Shown in pieces: positions 1 through 9,850 of a stretch of DNA of 64,000 bases. The notes below the pieces were generated by a model. It was not told where the DNA came from. It ran no database searches and saw only the letters and a list, made by a program, of their open reading frames with translations. How positions within the stretch are numbered: the stretch's first letter is position 1; each line of letters opens with the position of its first letter. The translations under genes and the position numbers were made by a program. Source of the DNA: Arcobacteraceae bacterium (GTDB lineage Bacteria; Campylobacterota; Campylobacteria; Campylobacterales; Arcobacteraceae); NCBI GenBank assembly GCA_965224485.1, contig CBDCZH010000013.1:32001-96000 (forward strand), written 5' to 3'.

Positions 1-2934
1 GCACCACAAGTTCCTATTATGGTCTCTGTTACTATTGAGTTAACGGGAACTATGTTAATTGGAACTGATGCTGCTACTATTGCTGCAATTATGGAACCTT
101 TTAATATCTTAAGTCTTGGATTTAACTGTGGAACTGGACCTAAACAAGTTTCTAAACATGTTAGAACCTTATCTCAAAGCTCAAAGTTTCCAATTTCTGT
201 TCATGCAAATGCAGGTTTACCTCAAAATAGAGGTGGAGTTCCTTATTATCCAATGGGAGCAGAAGAGTTTGCAAACATTCAAAAAGAATTCTTAGAAATA
301 AATGGAGTTTCTTTTTTAGGTGGTTGTTGTGGAACTACACCAGAACATATAAAAGCATTAAGTACTGCAATTAAAGATATTAAACCCCTAAAACCTTGTG
401 GTTTTCAAGTAGCTTCTTTAGCTTCCTTATTTGGAACAGTTGCTTTAAAACAAGACCCAAGTCCTATGTTAATAGGTGAGCGTTCAAATGCAACAGGTTC
501 AAAAGCGTTTAAAGAATTGTTAAAAGCAAATGATTATGAAGGAACATTAAGTGTAGCCCAACAACAAGTTAGAGCTGGGGCTCATATTATTGATGTAAGT
601 GTTGGTTTTGCAGGTCGAGATGAGAAAAAAGATATGGATGAAGTTATAGCTTTATATTCTCAAAAAATACCACTTCCTATTATGGTTGATTCTACTCAAA
701 TCTATGCTCTAGAAGCTGGACTTAAACAAATAGGTGGTCGAGCTATTATTAACTCTGTTAACCTTGAAGATGGAGAAGATAAGTTTGATGAAGTTTGTGC
801 CTTAGCTAAAAAGCACGGGGCTGCATTAGTGTGTTTAGTTATTGATGAAGTTGGAATGGCTAAAAGCAAAGATGACAAGATAAGAGTTGCACAAAGAATT
901 TTTGATTTATGTATAAATAGACATGGATTTAAAGAAGAAGATTTAGTTTTTGATATGTTAACTTTTACAATAGGTTCTGGTGATGATGAGTATAGAACAG
1001 CAGGAGTTGAAACTCTTGAAGCTATTAAAGAATTTCAAATAATGCATCCAAAAGTAGGTACCACTTTAGGACTTTCAAATATTTCTTTTGGACTTGATAT
1101 AAAAGCTAGAGCTTATTTAAATTCTATTTATTTAGATTATTGTGTAAAAGCTGGTTTAAGTACGGCTATTGTTAATGTTAAACATATTTTACCCCTAAAT
1201 AAAATAAGTGCAGAAGATAAAAAAGCTTGTGATGATTTAATCTTTAATAATCATGAGAACGGTGACCCTTTATTTGCTTTTATTGACCATTTTTCAAATG
1301 TTGAAGACCAAGAAGAAGAGAGTGATGAAGAGTATCAAAAACTCTCTCCCAAAGCAAAAGTTGAAAAACTTCTTTTAGATGGAGATAAAAATAGACTATT
1401 GCCTTTAGTTGAAGAATTAAGACATAAGGTTAAACCAGAAGTTATTGTAAATGAGTGGTTAATTGATGGTATGAAAATCATTGGTGAACTTTTTGGTTCA
1501 GGACAAATGCAACTTCCTTTTGTACTGCAAAGTGCAGAAACTATGAAAGCTACTGTTGATAGTTTAAATCCATATTTACCAAAAGAGCAAAAAGCTAGTG
1601 AAACAGTTTTAGTTTTAGGAACAGTAAAAGGTGATGTTCATGATGTTGGTAAAAATCTTGTTGATATTATTTTAAGTAATAATGGTTTTAAAGTTATAAA
1701 TATTGGAATAAAAGCGAATATAAATGATTTTATAATTGCAGTAAAAGAGCATAAAGCTCAAGCTATTGGAATGAGTGGTTTATTAGTTAAAAGTACAGCC
1801 GTTATGAAAGAAAATTTAGATGAGCTTAAAAAAGAGGGTATTGATATTCCTGTTTTATTAGGAGGAGCAGCACTTACAAAAAGTTTTGTAAATGATTTTT
1901 GTCGTCCTATTTATGATGGTCCTATTTTTTACTGCCGTGATGCTTTTGATGGTGTTATTTCTATGCAAAGAATTGAAAAAGGTGATTTAAGTAATACAGC
2001 ACTTGCTGCTGATTTAGTTGATGATGAGGTAAAAGAAGTAAAAATAAAAGAAGAAGTAATTATTCCTCCTTATAAAGAGATAGAACTTCCTAGCAAACAA
2101 GAATTGATTGTTCCTCCTTTTTGGGATAAAGTTACTTCAAATAAAGCCATTTTAGATAAAGACTTAATCTTCTCATGGATCAATCATAGAGTTTTATATA
2201 GACAAAGATGGGGATATAAAAGAGGAAAACAAGAAAGTAAAAAGTTTTTAGCTCATGAAAAAGATGTTGTAATTCCTATTTATGAAAAACTAAAAGAAGA
2301 GTTAATAAAAAAAGAAGTATTTGCTCCAATTGCACTTTATGCTTATTATCCTTGTATTTCTCATGACAATAAATTATATATATTTGATAAAAAATACTTA
2401 TATAATAATATCAAAGAAGCTTCAAATGTTCCTGCTTTAAGTGAAGCTATAAAAGTTCTAGAGTTTCCAAGACAAAATAGAGTACCTTATAGATGTTTAG
2501 CTGATTATTTTGCAAATGATAGATTAGATGTGGTTACTTTTACTCTTGCTAGTGCTGGTTTAAAAATAACTGATTATGAAAGAGGTATTTATGAAGAAGG
2601 AAAATATGCTGAATACTTTCAAGTTCATGGCCTTGGAGTTGAATTAGCTGAAGCTTTAGCAGAAGTAGTTCATAAACAAGTAAGACTTGATTTAGATATT
2701 GTTTCTAAAGAAGGACATACGTTAAGAGATGTTCAAATGAAACAATATACTGGTTGTAGATACTCTCCTGGATATGCAGCTTGTCCAGACCTTGCAATGA
2801 ATAGAGACATTTTTGATTTATTAAACCCAGAAGAGTTTGGAATAGAGTTATCAGAGACTTTTCAAATGCACCCAGAGCAGACGACATGCGCGATAGTAGT
2901 AACACACCCCGAAGCCAAATACTACAATATCTAG
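1..2934 (+). CDS. metH: B12-dependent methionine synthase (5' truncated by window edge)
   Basis: GGCCGTTP Zn motif, pterin-binding IGERSNATGSKAF, cobalamin motif DVHDVGKNLV, C-terminal RYSPGYAACP activation domain; frame is open to position 1. Confidence 0.97.
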   Translation, partial: APQVPIMVSVTIELTGTMLIGTDAATIAAIMEPFNILSLGFNCGTGPKQVSKHVRTLSQSSKFPISVHANAGLPQNRGGVPYYPMGAEEFANIQKEFLEINGVSFLGGCCGTTPEHIKALSTAIKDIKPLKPCGFQVASLASLFGTVALKQDPSPMLIGERSNATGSKAFKELLKANDYEGTLSVAQQQVRAGAHIIDVSVGFAGRDEKKDMDEVIALYSQKIPLPIMVDSTQIYALEAGLKQIGGRAIINSVNLEDGEDKFDEVCALAKKHGAALVCLVIDEVGMAKSKDDKIRVAQRIFDLCINRHGFKEEDLVFDMLTFTIGSGDDEYRTAGVETLEAIKEFQIMHPKVGTTLGLSNISFGLDIKARAYLNSIYLDYCVKAGLSTAIVNVKHILPLNKISAEDKKACDDLIFNNHENGDPLFAFIDHFSNVEDQEEESDEEYQKLSPKAKVEKLLLDGDKNRLLPLVEELRHKVKPEVIVNEWLIDGMKIIGELFGSGQMQLPFVLQSAETMKATVDSLNPYLPKEQKASETVLVLGTVKGDVHDVGKNLVDIILSNNGFKVINIGIKANINDFIIAVKEHKAQAIGMSGLLVKSTAVMKENLDELKKEGIDIPVLLGGAALTKSFVNDFCRPIYDGPIFYCRDAFDGVISMQRIEKGDLSNTALAADLVDDEVKEVKIKEEVIIPPYKEIELPSKQELIVPPFWDKVTSNKAILDKDLIFSWINHRVLYRQRWGYKRGKQESKKFLAHEKDVVIPIYEKLKEELIKKEVFAPIALYAYYPCISHDNKLYIFDKKYLYNNIKEASNVPALSEAIKVLEFPRQNRVPYRCLADYFANDRLDVVTFTLASAGLKITDYERGIYEEGKYAEYFQVHGLGVELAEALAEVVHKQVRLDLDIVSKEGHTLRDVQMKQYTGCRYSPGYAACPDLAMNRDIFDLLNPEEFGIELSETFQMHPEQTTCAIVVTHPEAKYYNI

Positions 2935-3063
2935 CACTGGTACTTTTAGTCAATCTCTGCGTTGGCATTTAGTTTTTATAAACTCACATACTTCAGGTAA
3001 TTTAGTATGCTCCTTCATAAAAACTAAATACCGCCTTGACCTTGAATAAAATTACCAGCACTA
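2932..3063. repeat. ~130-bp long imperfect palindrome (REP/MITE-like or structured RNA)
   Basis: Nested inverted arms CTGGTA/TACCAG, ATTTAGTTTTTAT/ATAAAAACTAAAT, CATACT/AGTATG. Confidence 0.6.
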
Positions 3064-3083
3064 AATACTTATAGAAGATATTT

Positions 3084-3353
3084 TTATTTGAATAGTTGTG
3101 AATGTGTTCCTATTCTTATTAGTCTTAGACTTTTATCTTTTATTATGTAAATTACTAAAAGATCTCCACTTATATGAAATTCTTTTGTATCTGCCCATTC
3201 CCCTATTAGATTATGGTCTTTTGCTTCTTTTGCTAATTCTTCTTCATTTAAAAGTTTTGAAATATATAAAAATAGTTTTGCATGGTTTGATTGATTTAAT
3301 TTAGATTTTTTTAAATCTTTTGTAAATTGTTTATGGACTTCTATACTTAACAT
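3084..3353 (-). CDS. yafQ: Type II TA toxin, YafQ/RelE-family mRNA interferase
   Basis: 89 aa, DHNLIGEW, EFHISGDLLVIY, C-terminal RIGTHSQLF; directly downstream of the antitoxin. Confidence 0.9.
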   Translation of the reverse strand: MLSIEVHKQFTKDLKKSKLNQSNHAKLFLYISKLLNEEELAKEAKDHNLIGEWADTKEFHISGDLLVIYIIKDKSLRLIRIGTHSQLFK

Positions 3354-3356
3354 TGT

Positions 3357-3611
3357 TTAGATTTTCTTTAATGTATCTAGAGAAATATTTTCTAGGTTCT
3401 TACCTTCTCTTGTTTCTTCTATGGCTTTCATAGTTTCTTCATTCGGAAGTTTTATTTCAAATGGAATTCCTCTATTATAGACACTTTGAGCTAGAAATAT
3501 ATTTATTGCTTCACTTAAACTAATTCCATATTTTTTGAATAGTTTTTTTGCTTCATCTTTTATATGAGAATCTAAATAAACATTTGTTCTTGATTTTTCA
3601 CTTATTGTCAT
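3357..3611 (-). CDS. dinJ: Type II TA antitoxin, DinJ/RelB family
   Basis: RHH-like RTNVYLD...GISLSEAINIFL, GIPFEIKLPNEETMKAI; AAAGGAAG RBS before ATG at 3611. Confidence 0.88.
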   Translation of the reverse strand: MTISEKSRTNVYLDSHIKDEAKKLFKKYGISLSEAINIFLAQSVYNRGIPFEIKLPNEETMKAIEETREGKNLENISLDTLKKI

Positions 3612-3629
3612 AATTCTTCCTTTAAAAGC

Positions 3630-3651
3630 ATTATAACACAAAAAGTGTGTT
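3630..3651 (-). promoter_or_regulatory. Extended -10 promoter of the TA operon with overlapping palindromic operator
   Basis: TGtTATAAT on minus strand (3630-3638) overlapping inverted repeat AACACA-n5-TGTGTT. Confidence 0.65.
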
Positions 3652-3671
3652 TTTATATTTTTTTTTGAGAA

Positions 3672-3703
3672 TTAGATTCTATAAATATACTTTATAGAAT
3701 CTA
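3672..3703. terminator. Hairpin terminator after the DUF805 gene
   Basis: TTAGATTCTATAAA/TTTATAGAATCTAA inverted repeat. Confidence 0.6.
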
Positions 3704-3709
3704 AATTTA

Positions 3710-4255
3710 TTAGTTAATAATGAAGTGATTATTTTCTTTTTGACTTTTTTTAATCCAAAAGATAAAAAGAATTATCATTCCTATTATTGGAATAAACATA
3801 AGAAGTTGCCACCAACCAGATTTTCCTGTATCGTGTAATCTTCTTGCTCCAATTGCTAAAGCAGGTATTAGAATAACTAAAGAATAAACAGGAGCCAAAG
3901 CACCCATACTAATTATACTTAATAAAATAACAACAATAAAACTAACAAGTTGGAAATACCAAAAACCACTTCTACTTGTTATTCCAGAAAATGTTGCATA
4001 TTTTTTAAATGCATCTGTATAACATTGAAGAATATTTTTAGCATCAATATTATCTATATCAAAAGTACTTACATTTGTAGTATATATTTGCTGTGCAGTA
4101 CCTTCGTTTTCTACAAAATCAACTTCTACTCCTGCTTTTATCTTACTTTGATCTGATTTCCACTCTTGGCTTACAAAGGTATATCTATCTCCTTGCTTGG
4201 CTAAAATAATTCCTTCTTTTTTTTCTTCGTTAAAATCTAATACTTTACCTTTCAC
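3710..4255 (-). CDS. Cold-shock-like N-terminal domain fused to a DUF805 inner-membrane domain
   Basis: MKGKVLDFN..GII..GDRYTF..GVEVDF (OB/CSD-like); KKYATFSG..RSGFWYF, RRLHDTGKSGWW (DUF805). Confidence 0.8.
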   Translation of the reverse strand: MKGKVLDFNEEKKEGIILAKQGDRYTFVSQEWKSDQSKIKAGVEVDFVENEGTAQQIYTTNVSTFDIDNIDAKNILQCYTDAFKKYATFSGITSRSGFWYFQLVSFIVVILLSIISMGALAPVYSLVILIPALAIGARRLHDTGKSGWWQLLMFIPIIGMIILFIFWIKKSQKENNHFIIN

Positions 4256-4438
4256 ATCAATCCTTTTAATTTAATTAGCCACTATATAATAATAATTATT
4301 AATATTAAGCTTCAAGATAGTATTAAAATTAAATATTAGAAAAAAAATTTGATAAAAAATTAAACTTTCTTTCAAATTCGATTATTTTGCTCTTTTTTAT
4401 TGTTAAAATTGTTAAAATTAAGTAGAAGGAATTAAAAG

Positions 4439-6852
4439 ATGAATGATTCAAGAAGAGATTTTTTAAAAAAAGGTGCTATATCTGGTGCAGCTCTTGCTGC
4501 TAGTGGTAGTTTAAGTGGAGCTGTTGCAAAAGAGTTTTCAAGTAGAACTAAAAAAATACCTCATGCTTCACATTTTGGTCCATTTCATGCCCATGTAAGA
4601 GATGGCAAAATTGTTGATATAACAGCTCAGTTAGATTCAGATGCAAATCCAACTGTTATGTTAAAAGCTGTAACAGATAGAGTAATGAGTGATTCAAGAG
4701 TAAAATATCCTTGCGTTAGAAAATCTTACTTAGAGGGTAAAGATGCTGGTGATTTAAGAGGAAAAGAAGAATTTGTTAGAGTTTCTTGGGACAAAGCCTT
4801 AGATTTAGCAGCCAATGCTATTAAAAAAGCACAGGCAAAGGGTGGAAATAAATCTATTTATAACTCTTGTTATTCGGGTTGGGCTCATCCAGGTGCTTTT
4901 AAACCAAATGCCATGGCTGGAAGATTTCTTAATTTAATTGGTGGTGCTGTTGGAACTGCTGGTGAGTATTCAAATGGAGCAGCAGGGCCAACAAATCCTA
5001 CTATTGTTGGGGATATGGAAGTTTATTCTGTTCAAACTGCTCATGAACAAATTATTAAACATACAAAAGTTATGATTTTATGGGGAACTGATTTATATAA
5101 ATGTAATAGAATTGGTTGGTTTGTTCCAAATCATAGAAATATTGATGCTTATGAAGAGTATAAAAAAGCTGGAATCAAGTTTATTTCTATTGACCCAATT
5201 TATACGACTTCAGCTTCTGAGTTCAAAGCTGATTGGATTAAAATTAGACCAGGATCTGATGTTGCCCTTATGATGGCTATGATGCATTATTTATACAAAT
5301 CAAAAAAGTATGATGCTAAGTTTATAGAAAAATATACTCATGGTTTTGATAAATTCTTACCTTATCTTTTAGGTGATGAAGATGGAGTAGAAAAAACTCC
5401 TGCTTGGGCTTCTAAATTAACAGAAATTCCAGAAGAAACTATTAAAGAATTAGCAAGTACTATGGTTGATAATAGAACATTTATAGCTGGAAACTGGGCT
5501 TTACAAAGAGCTCATCATGGTGAGCAAGTTGATTGGTCTATTATTACTTTAGCTTCAATGATTGGTCAAATTGGACTTCCTGGTGGTGGTTTTGGCTTTT
5601 CTATGCATTATGCTGGTGGTGGAGATGCTGCTTCTGGAAAAGCTACTGTTGGTGGAGTTCCTCAAGGTGGAGGGAATAAAGTAAATATAAATATTCCAGC
5701 TTCAAGAATGAGTGATTTAATTTTAAATCCTGGTAAAACTGTTACTTTTAAAGGTGGAAAAGTGTAACTTATCCTAAAGTTGAAGTAATGTTAAGTGCTG
5801 GAGCTTCTCCTATTGGTCATCAACCAGATGTTAATGAATTAGTAGGTGCAATGAGAACTCTTGATACTGTGATTACAATTGATCCTTGGTGGACACCAAC
5901 TGCTAAGATGTCTGATATTGTTTTTCCTGCAACTACAACTATGGAAAGAGATGATATTACTCAAGGTATGTCATATGCTCAAGATAGACTATTTGCTATG
6001 AAAAAAGTAATAGATGCTAGATATGAATCTAAAGATGATTATTGGATTTTTGCACAATTAGCAAAAAGATTTGGCAAAGAGAAAAAATTTACTAAAAATA
6101 GAACAACAATGCAGTGGATTGAAAGATTATATAAAAGATCTTATGCGAAAAAGAAAATGAAAATTGCAAATTTGAAGACTTTTGGAAAGAAGGTGTTGTT
6201 AAATATGATAGTTCCTGCAAGTGCAAGAGATTTTGTAAGACATGCAGCATTTAGAAAAGATCCTATTAAAAATGCTTTAAAAACAGAAAGTGGAAAAATT
6301 CAAATTTTCTCAGAAAAATTTGAAAAATTTGGATACAAAGATTTTAAAGGTCATGCAACATGGTTTGAACCAGCTGAATGGTTAGGAAATAAAAAATTAG
6401 TGGCTAAGTATCCATTACATTTAGTTTCTCCTCATCCAACATATAGAGTTCATTCACAACTTGATAATACTTGGGTACAAAATATTCATAAAGTACAAGG
6501 AAGAGAACCAATTAGAATCTCACCAAATGATGCTAAAAAGTTTGGTGTAAAAGATGGTGAAATTGTAGAAGTTTACAATGACAGAGGAAGTGTTTTAGCA
6601 GGAGTTGTTATTACAAATACAATAAGAGATGGTGTTGTTGCAATAGAAGAGGGTGCTTGGTATTCTCCTGATGATGCAAGTGAAAATAAAACAAGATGTA
6701 ACTCTGGACAGGCTAATTTATTAACTTCTTCAAGACCAACATCTTCAATGGCACAAGCAACAACTGCAAATACAGTTCTTGTTTCAATTAAAAAAGCAGG
6801 TGTAGTTAAAGCAAACTTAGCATATAGCGCACCAAAAATTATAGAAGCATAA
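4439..6852 (+). pseudogene. torA: Periplasmic molybdopterin S/N-oxide reductase (TorA/TorZ/BisC family), frameshifted near 5762 with a compensated shift at ~6170-6212; may be intact in the true genome
   Basis: Tat signal SRRDFLK, ASHFGPF, RVKYPCVRKSYL, GQIGLPGGGFG, SPHPTYRVHSQL; alternative frame at ~6172 restores FEDFWKEGVVKYD. Confidence 0.85.
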
Positions 6853-6861
6853 GGAAACAAA

Positions 6862-7447
6862 ATGAGTAAAAATGTTAAAAACATTAATATCATTTGCAAT
6901 ATTACTTGGGTTTTTTACCCAAGTAAATGCAAGTGATTTATTTGTAGTTCAAAGTGATACTATTTTAACAAGCAAAAGATGGAAAAATATTAAAAGTATT
7001 TATAGGTCTTCCTCTTATTAGTACAATGAAGATAATGGTTCAACTCTTAGATATTAGTATTAAAGGTTTTAAATATGGAGCATAATATTTATTCTTCTAA
7101 GGGAAAAGAACTTTTAATAGCAACTTTAGAAAAAGGATTTCAATGCTTATAGAAGGCAAACTGGAAATGAAGTTGAACTACTAGCTGTTATTAGTAAAGA
7201 ATCAGTTAATAAGTGATATTGAAGAAATATGGGATGAATCGTTAGAATTTTATTATGAAATGTGTTCAGTCTGTCATGCACCTCACCTCAAATTGAGCAT
7301 TTAAGTATGATGGAGTGGAGTGCAATATTTCCTTCAATGAAAGTAAGAACTACTCTTGATGACGATGAAGCAAAAGATATGCTTAGATTTTTAAAATCTA
7401 ATGCTAAAGATGGTTTAGTAAAAGTAGAAACATTAGAGTATAATTAG
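6862..7447 (+). pseudogene. Monoheme cytochrome c partner of TorA (C. jejuni TorC-like), multiply frameshifted
   Basis: RBS AAGGA before ATG 6862; signal-peptide-like start; TGT TCA GTC TGT CAT = CSVCH at 7263-7277; C-terminal EW..IFPSM...MLRFL. Confidence 0.75.
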
Positions 7448-7468
7448 ATTTTATAAAGGATAGTCATC

Positions 7469-8160
7469 ATGAAAAAAGATTTTTTTATTAAACTTAAAAA
7501 TATGACAATTCTTTATGCTGAAGATGAAGACGGAATTAGAAAAAATATTTCTGATTCTTTATCGTATTATGTAAAAGATATATATGAAGCTTGCAATGGA
7601 GAAGAAGCATATGACTATTTTTGAAGATAAAAAAGCCAGATATTATTTTAAGTGATATTCATATGCCAATAGTTGATGGTATAGAGTTCGTAAAAAAAGT
7701 TAGAAAAACAAATAGAAGTATTCCAATTATAATGATAACAGCACATACAGATAAACAGTATTTACTGGAAGCTGTTGAGTTACATATGGAAAAATATCTT
7801 AGTTAAACCCCTTGAGCTTGAAGATCTATTTTTAAGCTTAGAAAAATGTGTAAATATTTTAGACTCAAATAAAAAAGTTACTTTAAAAGAGCATAATGAT
7901 TATATTTATGATTATGATAAAAAAGAGTTAAAATATAAAAATAAAAATATTTTACTAAATAAAAAAGAGATGATATTTTCTAGAACTTTTAATTTCAAAT
8001 GAAAATAGAATATTAACATATGATGAGTTACAAGAGTATGTTTGGAATGATGATGTTATGACAGATAGTGCTCTGCGTTCGCTTGTAAGAAATTTGCGTA
8101 AAAAACTACCAACAGAACTTATAAATAATTTATCAGGAATAGGATACAGAATTGCTCTAA
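7469..8160 (+). pseudogene. OmpR-family response regulator (frameshifted)
   Basis: ILYAEDE, PDIILSDIHMP, MITAHTD, wHTH end ALRSLVRNLRKKLP...SGIGYR spread over several frames. Confidence 0.8.
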
Positions 8161-9850
8161 AAGCCTAACTTTATTACTTTTATATATTTCTATATCTTCT
8201 TATTTATTCTGTGCTTCTATAATAAAAAAACTTGAGTTTAGGGAAGATAACTCTTCTTTAAATATAGCAAAACCTTTACATCCTAAGTCTCATATAAAAA
8301 TATATCTTCCTTCAATTCCATATTCATACATTGCAAAAAACACAAATGCTGGTCTTTTTAGGTCATATGATAATAAAAGAGGCTGGGAATATGATTTAGC
8401 AAAAGCACATAAAAGAGTAAATGCTTTTACTTATATAATAGAACTAAGAAAAAATCTTGAAATTCCAAAATGGTGAAGATTTTTACTATTGATTCTCGTA
8501 ATTAAAAATCTTAGACTTTTTTAAGAAAGTATCCTTTTTTATATACAAATATAGAAAAAATTGATTTTGATAGTAATCAAAAATAGATGACAAATAGTAT
8601 AAAAATAGTTTTGGAAAAGAAAGATACGAGATGTTTCTTTTAGATTTAGCAAGGATCTATTTTTATACAGATGAGTATTTAGAAAAATATGCCTCAAAAG
8701 GAGGACGAAACTGGATCTGCTAACTAGCTGTACCTGGTGCATATGGAATGGGACCTTATATATTAGAAGAAGGATATGCTTTAGGGAGTGAAACAAACCT
8801 CTAAACTAGAACTTATATCAAATCCTTATTATTGGAATAAAAACTTTCCTAAAATAAAAAGAGTTACTGTTTATACTCAGTTAAATACAACAACAAGCTT
8901 TAGATGATATTATTAATTATGAAGGTAAAGCTAGATATTTCACCTATTGCGTTTAATAAAAAAATTGATGTAGTTTTATCAAAATACTGCAAAAGTTATT
9001 AATTAGCGAATCAACAAATAATTTTTTAATATTTTTTAATTTAATTAATGGTAATAAGTTATTAGAAAATAAAGAGGTACGTCTTGCATCTAAATGCAGC
9101 ACTTAATCAGGAGAACTTATTAAATTTTGTATATAAAAAAGAAGGAAAGAGTCTCTCCTTTTACTGCTTCTATTAATTATGAACTTGTAAAAAAAGATTG
9201 CTTTAAAAAATGAATATAAGAACATCAAGTATAAGTGAAAAAAGAAAACATGAATTATTAGAAGGTTTAAACTTAAATATTTTAACGCAAGATAGATTTA
9301 TGTTTTTGTGGAAAGGTATAGAGTTTCAATTAAAAAAATATGGAGTTAGTCTTAAATATACACAATCACTTCAAGTGAAAAAGATATATATGAACAACTT
9401 TTAAATACAAGAAAAAATAAAAATACTTTAAATTGGGATCTTATTAACTTGGGGCGATGATGATTGGTATTATTTAAATCATTGGACAGTGTTTTTTCAT
9501 TTATGAAAATGATAGCCCTTGGTCAACTATTAAAAATGATAAAGAAATGAAAATATATATAGATAAATATTTTGAAACTAAAATTAATACAAAAGAGTAT
9601 GAAAATATAGTTCAGAAAATATTATACCAAGCAAGAGATATGGCCTATACGCTTAGAGTTCCCTCTCCTAATAAGGTAATTGCTTTAAACAAAGAAGTAA
9701 TATATAAACCCTATTTAGGAGGAATGATTCCTTTATGGGAAATACAAGTTACAAATAATCACTGGTCACTTAAGAAAAGAATAAGAAATACCCCTTAGCC
9801 TTGCAAAAACCAGTAAAAACACAAAGAGTGAAGAATGTTTTATTTAAATA
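8150..9850 (+). pseudogene. ABC-type solute-binding protein family 5 (DppA/OppA-like), heavily frameshifted; boundaries approximate
   Basis: Fragments GLFRSYDNKRGWEYDLAK, YIIELRKNL..QNGEDFT, GAYGMGPYIL, NPYYWNKNFPKIKRV. Confidence 0.65.

Noticed and set aside
2869..3063. Diversity-generating retroelement variable region at the metH 3' end
   Set aside because: There is no reverse transcriptase or template repeat in the window, and the tail still reads as a normal MetH C-terminus.
3084..4255. Prophage or integrative element
   Set aside because: No integrase, transposase, att repeats or phage genes were seen.
5755..5790. Programmed frameshift or genuinely split torA
   Set aside because: It is one of many indels in the same block, with no distinctive slippery site or stimulatory structure.
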